64,000 nt of DNA from Candidatus Latescibacterota bacterium (GTDB taxonomy: Bacteria; Latescibacterota; UBA2968), in assembly GCA_965222605.1 (NCBI GenBank), contig OZ244960.1:5312001-5376000 (forward strand), given 5' to 3'. Position 1 is the first letter of the stretch. Every line of letters starts with the position of its first letter. Below, piece after piece: positions 10,119-17,722 of this stretch. A program made the translations under genes and the position numbers. The notes under the pieces were generated by a model. The model searched no databases. It was not told the DNA's origin and saw nothing but the letters and a program-made list of their open reading frames with translations.

Positions 10119-10747
10119 GAGGAGCTTCTGTGCATATTGAAGATCTCTTTACTCCAGCCCAACGAGTACTTGTCGCCCACCTTCATAGCTGCGATCAGGA
10201 GGAGCGCAGAGCCGGCTCTACTGACCCGCTGCGCCTCAAGGCTGCCAGCCCAGAGGTGGCCCATTATCTATGTCTCACCGCGGTTCACCAACGGGCGAGG
10301 ACACTGGTCGAATTTGGCACTTCGCACGGCTATTCCACTTTGCATCTGGCCGTAGCGGCACAGCATACGGGAGGCCGCGTTTTTACGCTGGATCAGATGC
10401 CCGAAAAAACCGCGGCGGCCCGGGGCAATTTGCGAGCCGCTGGTCTGGACCATCTGGTGGCGTGTCACACCAGTACCGGTGATGTCTTTATCGCGGCTCT
10501 TCCCGAGTGCGTAGATTTCGTCTTTGTTGATTTTGGCCTGCACGCTTTCGCGCAGATGTTCGACATGTTGGAAAGCCGTTTGGCACCGGGGGCTTTCCTC
10601 TTTGTCGATGGCTGGTCTGCGGTTGAACAATGGTACATGGACCCGGATTGGGCCGCCTTTAAGAGCCGTCTGGACGATTCCTCCGATTATCTGACCTGTA
10701 TCCTGCCCCTGCAAAAGTCGCACCTCATTGCCATTAAGCTATCCTGA
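10115..10747 (+). CDS. Class I SAM-dependent O-methyltransferase
   Basis: 'VEFGTSHGYSTL', 'DFVFVD', 'LAPGA..FVD'; start uncertain (GTG at 10130 possible). Confidence 0.85.
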   Translation: MRGASVHIEDLFTPAQRVLVAHLHSCDQEERRAGSTDPLRLKAASPEVAHYLCLTAVHQRARTLVEFGTSHGYSTLHLAVAAQHTGGRVFTLDQMPEKTAAARGNLRAAGLDHLVACHTSTGDVFIAALPECVDFVFVDFGLHAFAQMFDMLESRLAPGAFLFVDGWSAVEQWYMDPDWAAFKSRLDDSSDYLTCILPLQKSHLIAIKLS

Positions 10748-10819
10748 CGTATTTCACATTGCTAATATGAGACGGGTAGAGAAGCGGCAAGTGTATGAAA
10801 CAGAGATCATTTTAACAAG

Positions 10820-11404
10820 GTGGAGATGATGGACCTAGCGATTTTTGTTGGAAAACTTTTAGGCATAGCACTTGCAATTTGGTTCCTTTTCTACCAGAAG
10901 AAAGTGATACCTGATTTCCAAAAATGGAGATGGAATTTTGGAATTTCACTTCTGTTCTTGTTTGCTGTGTTTGGGTGTGGAAAATTACAATCAGGATTAA
11001 ATACTGAACTTCGCAAAGAAGAGATAGGATGTTGCAAAGTTGACGCGCGCGAGATATGCAATGACGCGATTTGGAGATTTATATCTCATAGAGAGTTAAC
11101 GGGAAAAGTAGCAGAAATGCGAAGAGAGGTAGGGATGATTGTAGTGAAAGGGGCATATAAAATAAACTGGTATAATGAAACAGGAAAAAGATTACGAGTG
11201 AATTATGGTCTTCGTTTTTGGGATGCTAACAAATTAGAGATTGCGCGACATAACCTTGGAATTGGTTCTGAATTTGTTATTCTCCCGTCAGTTCCGAAAG
11301 AAATTTCAGGCACTTTTGAAATTAAAGTAGATAATTTAGAAGCGGCTAATTCTATCAGTCGAATGCGTGTTTTTGCATCTTTTGAAAAAATAGATGCTGA
11401 TTAA
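10820..11404 (+). CDS. Hypothetical membrane/lipoprotein, low GC
   Basis: Two hydrophobic segments, 'VFGCG' lipobox-like motif; AT-rich. Confidence 0.55.
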   Translation: MEMMDLAIFVGKLLGIALAIWFLFYQKKVIPDFQKWRWNFGISLLFLFAVFGCGKLQSGLNTELRKEEIGCCKVDAREICNDAIWRFISHRELTGKVAEMRREVGMIVVKGAYKINWYNETGKRLRVNYGLRFWDANKLEIARHNLGIGSEFVILPSVPKEISGTFEIKVDNLEAANSISRMRVFASFEKIDAD

Positions 11405-11463
11405 AACATAGATGAGTAGTATTTTTGTCGGTTGCTGCTTCCTGATCTCAGTCCCAAAGGCTT

Positions 11464-11808
11464 TTGCTATTACAGGAATGTGGAGAAGGCCTGTTTTTAT
11501 TTTTTAATGTAGATTTCACATTTGATGTCATTTCAACCGGGATCAAAACTGCACATGGTCGCGAGGAGCAACGTGAGGAGGTGACGCTCAATAATACCAG
11601 TGTGACATTACAGTTTGCGGATCTTACGCCAGATTTTAATGGTGATGGGCGGGTTAATTTGAGTGACTTTTTGCTCTTTGCAAGCCAATTTGGATTAAGT
11701 CGCGGCGATGAGCAGTATGACACGAAGTACGATCTGGATGGCGATGGCACAATTAGATTTGGCGATTTTCTGATTTTTGGCAGAAGTTTCGGCAATGAAG
11801 GGTCGTAA
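11464..11808 (+). pseudogene. C-terminal EF-hand/dockerin-like double repeat, likely a gene remnant
   Basis: 'DFNGDGRVNLSDFLLFASQFG...DLDGDGTIRFGDFLIF'; no convincing start or signal peptide. Confidence 0.7.
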
Positions 11809-11888
11809 TTTGTATTTGTGCTTCACTGTAATATCTAAAACTGTTCACAGTATCGTCTCAGGAAACAAATCACCCAGGAGATAATATT

Positions 11889-12812
11889 ATGCCTAAATTT
11901 AAGGATCTCTCCCGGATAGAAAAGCCTGACTCCATGACATATTTCAGTGAGCGAGAAGAGGGGGCAATTCCCCGAGATAATGAGGAAATCGGCGACAGCG
12001 CATGGGGCGGTATCCAAGCACTTATTCATGCACGGATTGGTGACGGTTCATTCGGTGTAAGCTATCCAATAACCTGCTCTGACGGTGGAGGAATCATAGG
12101 CACCAATGAGGGAGCCTTTGAACAGGCCATGCGAGCCGATATTCCAAATTTGCAGGAGCAGGATTACCACTCTTGGAACGAAAAGCCACAGCGAACTCTG
12201 GATATTCTTGATATGATAGAGTTCTGCGGGCGGTGTATCGGCAAGCCTATCCGCAAAGGCTATCACAAGTTTTTTAATCACCATCATCTGGATTTCAATA
12301 TCAAGGCTGGTCAGGACGAATTTAGAGATGCCATCAATCGAATATTTCGTCGCAATGTTCTCGCCTACGAACTGACAGAGTACGGCTATATCGAACGACT
12401 TGCGCCGCCAGTGTTGCGTGAGGAACTTGCTTCGGCTGAGTTCCGCACAGGCGATGCCGAGCTTGATCGTATGTTAGAAACAGCGCGGTGCAAATTTCTC
12501 AACCCCGACGAAGCGAAACGGCGTGAAGCCTTGAAGTCTCTGTGGGATGCGTGGGAGCGGCTGAAGACACTGGGCAAAGGATTGGATAAGAAGGCGCAGG
12601 TCACATATCTTCTTGACCACATCGCTGGCCCATCCTCTCCCAATTTCCGAGAAGCATTGGAGATGGAAGCCAAAGAACTAACGAGGATCGGCAATAACTT
12701 TCAAATACGCCATTCCGAAAGAAATCAAGAACGACTCGCCAGAAGCGAACATGTCGATTATCTCTTCCATCGACTGTTTGCCCTTATTCAAGCGGTTCTT
12801 AAACTGCGGTGA
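11889..12812 (+). CDS. AbiJ-related protein (AbiJ_NTD4-like N-terminus, HEPN-like C-terminus)
   Basis: 'YFSERE.GAIPR..EEI...WGGIQALI', 'DAWERLKT', 'GNNFQIRH'. Confidence 0.7.
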   Translation: MPKFKDLSRIEKPDSMTYFSEREEGAIPRDNEEIGDSAWGGIQALIHARIGDGSFGVSYPITCSDGGGIIGTNEGAFEQAMRADIPNLQEQDYHSWNEKPQRTLDILDMIEFCGRCIGKPIRKGYHKFFNHHHLDFNIKAGQDEFRDAINRIFRRNVLAYELTEYGYIERLAPPVLREELASAEFRTGDAELDRMLETARCKFLNPDEAKRREALKSLWDAWERLKTLGKGLDKKAQVTYLLDHIAGPSSPNFREALEMEAKELTRIGNNFQIRHSERNQERLARSEHVDYLFHRLFALIQAVLKLR

Positions 12813-12993
12813 GATGGCAGTACAGGATTTTGCGCGTTCGTTTTGAAGGGTATAGTTATAGTTTCTTGGGACTATTTGAAAATGCCTGATGATACGCAAT
12901 GAGAGATATTTTGAAATGCGGTTGACAAAATGGCGTTGTTGCTACACTTTTGGATTGTAAATGCTATTCAACTATGGATGAAACGGGGCGCAC

Positions 12994-13254
12994 ATGTTAA
13001 AAATTACATTTGAATGTCCAGATGATATTCTGCAAACCCTCAGTGAAACACCTGAACAATTCGCCGAACAAGGCCGCATGCTCATCGCCGTCAAATTGTT
13101 TGAACTCGGACGTTTGTCATCGGGACAGGCGGTTCGGTTTGCGGGCATGGAGCGCGTTGTGTTTTTAGATGCCTTAAAGTCCTACCAGGTATCTCCTATC
13201 AATCTGTCCTCAGAAGAACTGGCAAAGGATATTTCCAATGCCAGAAATCTGTAG
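12994..13254 (+). CDS. UPF0175 family antitoxin-like protein (orphan)
   Basis: 'AVKLFELGRLSSGQA..AGM.RV.FL..L'. Confidence 0.85.
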   Translation: MLKITFECPDDILQTLSETPEQFAEQGRMLIAVKLFELGRLSSGQAVRFAGMERVVFLDALKSYQVSPINLSSEELAKDISNARNL

Positions 13255-13268
13255 TAAGGAGAAGTGCA

Positions 13269-13544
13269 ATGATACGACCAGTTGCAGTGGAACCGCGTGA
13301 TGGTTACCGCATCTGGGTGCGCTATTCAGACGGGGTATCGGGTGAGATAGACTTGTCAGATATGGCTGGACGCGGCGTGTTTGCAGCTTGGAATGACCGC
13401 ACATTTTTTGAGACTGTGCAAGTGGCAGAAGGAGGCGCAATAGTCTGGGGCGATGATTTGGATATTTGTCCGGACGCGCTTTATATGGAACTCAGGGGCG
13501 AGTCTGTGGCCGAAGTGATGTCGGGCGTACAAGTAGCGATCTAA
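13269..13544 (+). CDS. DUF2442 family antitoxin-like protein (orphan)
   Basis: 'VEPRDGYRIWVRYSDGVSGEIDL...W.DDLDICPDALY'. Confidence 0.85.
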   Translation: MIRPVAVEPRDGYRIWVRYSDGVSGEIDLSDMAGRGVFAAWNDRTFFETVQVAEGGAIVWGDDLDICPDALYMELRGESVAEVMSGVQVAI

Positions 13545-13783
13545 TGAAAAAAATGATTTGTGAACATGATGTCGTTGTGTTGATTCGCGATGTCGAGGAT
13601 TATGATCTTAAAGCAGGAGATGTAGGTGCCGTAGTGCATTGTTACGACGCGGGCAACGCCTATGAGGTTGAATTTGTAACTCCCCAGGGTAAAACAGTTG
13701 CACTTCTTACATTAGATCAGAGAGATATTCGCCCGATGGGTGACAGTGAAATTTTGCATGTTCGCGATATGGCAACATCATAA
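13544..13783 (+). CDS. DUF4926 family protein (orphan)
   Basis: 'EHDVVVL..D.....LKAGDVGAVV...YEVEF....G.T.A'. Confidence 0.85.
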   Translation: MKKMICEHDVVVLIRDVEDYDLKAGDVGAVVHCYDAGNAYEVEFVTPQGKTVALLTLDQRDIRPMGDSEILHVRDMATS

Positions 13784-13796
13784 AATGGATCTGACC

Positions 13797-14084
13797 ATGG
13801 ACAAAACAGAAATAGTGAACACACTCAAGGCATTAAAACCCGATCTTTTGCAACACAAAGTGCGGGAAATTGGTTTATTTGGATCTTTTGCGCGAGATGA
13901 ACAGCAAAATACCAGTGATATAGATGTATTGATAGATTTTGATGATGAGGCAAGTCTATTTGATCTGATCAGGGTGGGAGATTTTCTGGAGACAAAGCTT
14001 CATCGCAAGGTAGATGTTGTCCCAAAAGAGTCGCTCCGTGAGGAAATTCGAGACACTGTTCTAAAAGAAATGATAGTGTTATGA
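13797..14084 (+). CDS. mntA: Minimal nucleotidyltransferase (MNT) antitoxin
   Basis: '[20 protein letters not shown]', 'KVDVV'. Confidence 0.9.
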   Translation: MDKTEIVNTLKALKPDLLQHKVREIGLFGSFARDEQQNTSDIDVLIDFDDEASLFDLIRVGDFLETKLHRKVDVVPKESLREEIRDTVLKEMIVL

Positions 14085-14434
14085 GGGACTTAACGCTCTA
14101 TCTGAAAGACATATTGGCAGCGATGGATAGTATTGAATCTTTCATCTCAGGCATGACTTTTGAAACATTCGAGAGTGACGACAAGACATCCAGTGCTGTC
14201 ATTAGAAAGCTCGAAATCATAGGCGAAGCCTCTAAACAAATTCCAGACGAAATCAGAGCGACTTCACCACAGGTTCCCTGGCGAGAGATGGCAGGGATGC
14301 GTGACATATTGATACATTCCTATTTTGGAGTCAATTTTCGACTTATTTGGAAAGCTATTACAGATGACATGTCAAAAGCCAAACCACACCTTCAGCAACT
14401 TTTAGCTGATATAACCCAAAACAACTCAAAATAG
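14081..14434 (+). CDS. hepT: HEPN/DUF86 ribonuclease toxin
   Basis: 'LEIIGEA', RxxxxH 'RDILIHSY'; 4-bp overlap with MNT. Confidence 0.9.
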   Translation: MRDLTLYLKDILAAMDSIESFISGMTFETFESDDKTSSAVIRKLEIIGEASKQIPDEIRATSPQVPWREMAGMRDILIHSYFGVNFRLIWKAITDDMSKAKPHLQQLLADITQNNSK

Positions 14435-14445
14435 AAAGGCAGACC

Positions 14446-15300
14446 ATGGACCTGACGAAACAACCGCCTCGCCGACCGACCAACACTTCAATGCTCGGCA
14501 TTGTCTCACTTGCTCGTTTGACCGATAAAGCGCGGGCGCACCGGGCAAATACCATTGGTGAACACCTCTATGGCGAGAACTCGGGATTGGATAAAATAGT
14601 ACTCGATTTTCTCGGCGTCTCGCACGATGAATTTGCCGATGCGGCACAGCGCATGAACGACGCGGAATTGTGTGATTGGCTGCGCGAAACGTACCCTAAG
14701 ACCGAAGAGGAAATCCAGGCGTACAACAACGAACTCCTCACCTGGGAACCCTTTGATGAGGCGAGCCGCCAGCGCCTGGAGGATCGTCTCGAACAATACA
14801 ATGCCGATCCAGATAAAGTGAAAACCATGCTCCAATCTATGGAACTCGACGACTGGGGGTGTTTCCGGGATACCGACCTGACCCAACACCCACCGCGTAC
14901 GCCTTATAATCGCGATGTTGCTGGCATTTACGGCGGATCGCGTATGGGCGATAAAGCACGCGCGGCAAAGGCGGGCAAACTCAACGACTATATCTACAAT
15001 TGCCCCATTGACCAGGTCATTTTTGATTTTCTCAATATATCCGCCGAAGATTTCCAGGACGCGGCCTATCACAATGTCAACGATATAGAACTGGGTGCTT
15101 GGGTGCTCGAACACACTGATCGCACTCAGGATGAAATCTCGCGTCTAAACGCGGGTCTCTCTCAAAAAGGTCCCGAAGGCGAACAGCAAATGGAGATTTT
15201 CAACACAACGCTCGAGTGTGTAGCACCTGACCGCACCGATGTCACCACCTGGTTTGACCTTCTCGACCTCGACGACGCACACGCCTACAACCTGGAATAA
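14446..15300 (+). CDS. DUF5069-like protein with two tandem domains
   Basis: Internal repeat 'DLTKQPPRRP..ARLTDKARA' / 'DLTQHPPRTP..SRMGDKARA'; ends 'TWFDLLDLDD'. Confidence 0.75.
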   Translation: MDLTKQPPRRPTNTSMLGIVSLARLTDKARAHRANTIGEHLYGENSGLDKIVLDFLGVSHDEFADAAQRMNDAELCDWLRETYPKTEEEIQAYNNELLTWEPFDEASRQRLEDRLEQYNADPDKVKTMLQSMELDDWGCFRDTDLTQHPPRTPYNRDVAGIYGGSRMGDKARAAKAGKLNDYIYNCPIDQVIFDFLNISAEDFQDAAYHNVNDIELGAWVLEHTDRTQDEISRLNAGLSQKGPEGEQQMEIFNTTLECVAPDRTDVTTWFDLLDLDDAHAYNLE

Positions 15301-15310
15301 GAGAGGGTAT

Positions 15311-15583
15311 ATGCCCGAACCCGTCGAACTGTCAATTGATGGCGAACTCGATCTGCACCACTTTCATCCGGATGATGTCAAAATGCTCGTGCCCGATTAT
15401 CTCGATGAATGCAAACTGCGCGGCATTTCCGATGTGCGCATCATTCACGGCAAGGGCACGGGCGTTCTGCGCGAAATCGTCCACACCATCTTAAAACGCC
15501 GGCCCGATGTCATCGCATATCATCTCACCGATCACAACTGGGGTTCTACCTCTGTTGTACTCAACCTGAAAATAAAATCGTGA
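15311..15583 (+). CDS. Stand-alone Smr (MutS2 C-terminal) domain protein
   Basis: 'ELDLH', 'VRIIHGKGTGVLR', 'WGST.V.L'. Confidence 0.9.
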   Translation: MPEPVELSIDGELDLHHFHPDDVKMLVPDYLDECKLRGISDVRIIHGKGTGVLREIVHTILKRRPDVIAYHLTDHNWGSTSVVLNLKIKS

Positions 15584-16344
15584 CGCCCAATTTAGAACTC
15601 GTCGAATACATCCAAAACGCCAAGCGCATCCTCATCTTCACGGGCGCAGGTGTTTCCACCGCAAGTGGCATACCCGACTTTCGCGGTCCCAATGGCGTGT
15701 GGAAAACCCGACGGCCGGTTTATTATCGGGATTTTATGACCTCTGAAGAAGCGCGTATCGAAGCATGGGATCAAAAACTCGAAGGCTGGGCTGCATTTGA
15801 AAATGCCCGTCCCAATGCCGTTCACAAGGCTGTTGTAAAGCTCGAGCGATCAGACAAAGTCGAATGCGTCATCACACAAAATATCGATGGCCTGCATACC
15901 CGAGCTGGCACCTCACCCGAACGCTTGATTGAACTACACGGCACCAATGCAGAGGTCGAATGTCAGACCTGCGGCAAACGCAGCGATCCCGAACGCCACT
16001 ACGCTGCCTTTCGCCGCACAAAAAAACCTCCCCTGTGCGAATGCGGAGGTTATCTCAAATCTGCCACCATCAGCTTTGGGCAACTGCTCATTGAAGCGGA
16101 TTTGCACCGGGCAGCAAAAGCTGCGGCGAATGCAGACCTGGCGATCTCCCTGGGTTCTACCTTATCCGTCTATCCCGCCGCAAGCTTTCCATTATTGGCA
16201 GCAGAACGCGGCGTTCCCTATGTTATTATCAATAAGGGCAAAACAGATCACGACAGTTATGCAGATCTCGCATTGCGCCTTGAAGGCGATGTAACACAAA
16301 TTTTTCCACTATCTGTAGAAGAGGCACTTCAGCCTGTTCTGTAA
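15580..16344 (+). CDS. cobB: Sir2 family NAD-dependent deacylase
   Basis: 'TGAGVSTASGIPDFRG', 'TQNIDGLH', 'ELHG', Zn motifs CQTC/CEC, 'GSTLSVYPAA'. Confidence 0.92.
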   Translation: MTPNLELVEYIQNAKRILIFTGAGVSTASGIPDFRGPNGVWKTRRPVYYRDFMTSEEARIEAWDQKLEGWAAFENARPNAVHKAVVKLERSDKVECVITQNIDGLHTRAGTSPERLIELHGTNAEVECQTCGKRSDPERHYAAFRRTKKPPLCECGGYLKSATISFGQLLIEADLHRAAKAAANADLAISLGSTLSVYPAASFPLLAAERGVPYVIINKGKTDHDSYADLALRLEGDVTQIFPLSVEEALQPVL

Positions 16345-16374
16345 AGGGCAGGCTCTTTCACGTCTTATCTTTTT

Positions 16375-17607
16375 ATGCTCACTTCCGACCTTTTGCTCGT
16401 GCGCCGTCGCGGGCCTTATATCGAGCCTCGCTATGTGGATACCACAGCACCCAATATCATCGCGCTGGCAGAGGAAATTATCGCTATCTTCACCGATCAC
16501 CAGGGCAAGTTGCGCGGTGAATTACACAGTGCTTTGGACATGCGTGCGGCAGAGGCAACGGATTATCGCGTTCAACGCGGCCTGACCAAATTGCTCGAAG
16601 ACGACCGCTGTGAGTTTCGCATTGACAGCATTGCCGAACCCGAGGAAATTCGCACACAGATTTTTGGCCTCAGCCGAGAGAATCACCCGATTGTCCGCGA
16701 GCCTGATCTCCTCTATCCCGTCACGCGCGAACACATTCTCGACCAGGTCGCGCTCAAATATCAGACCTCGGCAGAAAATATCGCGCATAGCCTCTACGCA
16801 GATCTTCCACTCAATCACTATCTCGATCATTTTGATGCGCCTGATCCCGCGTGGTTGCTCAACCGCTACAATGTCGCACTCGCGCAGGCCATGTTCTATC
16901 GCTGCACCCGCATGCGACTCTCGGTGCATCGCAACTTACCCGTGCGCTACAAACAGCTTTTCAAGTTTATCAAATTTTATCGCCTGATTCACGATATCCG
17001 CGGCGACCGAGATGCGGGGTACGAAATCGTCCTCGACGGACCCATAAGCCTGTTTCGCCTCTCGCAAAAATACGGCATTCAGATGGCTGTTTTTTTGCCG
17101 GCTCTGCTCTTGTGTACCCGCTGGAAAATGGAAGCTAAGGTCAGACTCAAAGATGGCCGCGAAGGCGATTTTGTCCTGGACGACAATCACAATTTGCTTT
17201 CGCACTACAAAGATCAGACCATGTACGATTCTCTCCTCGAAGAGACCTTTGCTATGCGCTTTGAAAAAGCTAAGACCGACTGGGAACTCGAACGCGAAAC
17301 AGAAATTGTGAATCTCAAAAACACGGTTTTTATTCCCGATTTTGCATTCCGCCATCCCGATGGTCGCACGGCGCTGCTCGAGATCGTCGGTTTCTGGCAT
17401 CCCGATTATCTGAGGCGCAAACTCGACAAACTACGCCGCGCCAACCGCAAAGATCTCGTCGTCGCTGTCTCCCGTGACCTCAATGTGGAGGAAGAAGACT
17501 TCGAGGATGTGCCCGGGCATGTCTTCTTTTTTAAGACCCGAATCCAGCCTCAGGATGTCGTCCAACGCCTCGATCAAATTCGTCCGGAAGACTGTGTAAA
17601 TGATTGA
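16375..17607 (+). CDS. DUF790 (Bax1-like) nuclease, XPB partner
   Basis: 'MLTSDLL', 'LYADL', 'RYNVALAQ', 'LDGP.SLF..QKYG', PD-(D/E)xK-like 'IPDF..LEIVGFW.PDYL..K'. Confidence 0.9.
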   Translation: MLTSDLLLVRRRGPYIEPRYVDTTAPNIIALAEEIIAIFTDHQGKLRGELHSALDMRAAEATDYRVQRGLTKLLEDDRCEFRIDSIAEPEEIRTQIFGLSRENHPIVREPDLLYPVTREHILDQVALKYQTSAENIAHSLYADLPLNHYLDHFDAPDPAWLLNRYNVALAQAMFYRCTRMRLSVHRNLPVRYKQLFKFIKFYRLIHDIRGDRDAGYEIVLDGPISLFRLSQKYGIQMAVFLPALLLCTRWKMEAKVRLKDGREGDFVLDDNHNLLSHYKDQTMYDSLLEETFAMRFEKAKTDWELERETEIVNLKNTVFIPDFAFRHPDGRTALLEIVGFWHPDYLRRKLDKLRRANRKDLVVAVSRDLNVEEEDFEDVPGHVFFFKTRIQPQDVVQRLDQIRPEDCVND

Positions 17608-17632
17608 ACATTGCGCGTGGAAACCGTATATT
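17604..17632 (+). promoter_or_regulatory. sigma-70-type promoter for the M16 peptidase
   Basis: TTGAAC-N17-TATATT. Confidence 0.45.
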
Positions 17633-17722
17633 TGAAACTTCTGTTCTTTTCACAGCATCCAAAAATAGATAACATCCGACCTGCAGAATTCACAACACGA
17701 TCTACTTTCAAAGGAGTGCATT

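Noticed and set aside
12922-12948. TTGACA...TACACT promoter for the antitoxin array
   Set aside because: The spacer is only 15 bp; too weak to call.
10750-14434. Integron cassette array
   Set aside because: No repeated attC-like RYYYAAC...GTTRRRY palindromes and no integrase found by eye; IntegronFinder would settle it.
15580-16344. Sirtuin as a Thoeris/DSR-type defence NADase
   Set aside because: It is a single-domain protein with the zinc ribbon and canonical CobB motifs, and has no TIR, pAgo or HerA partner.
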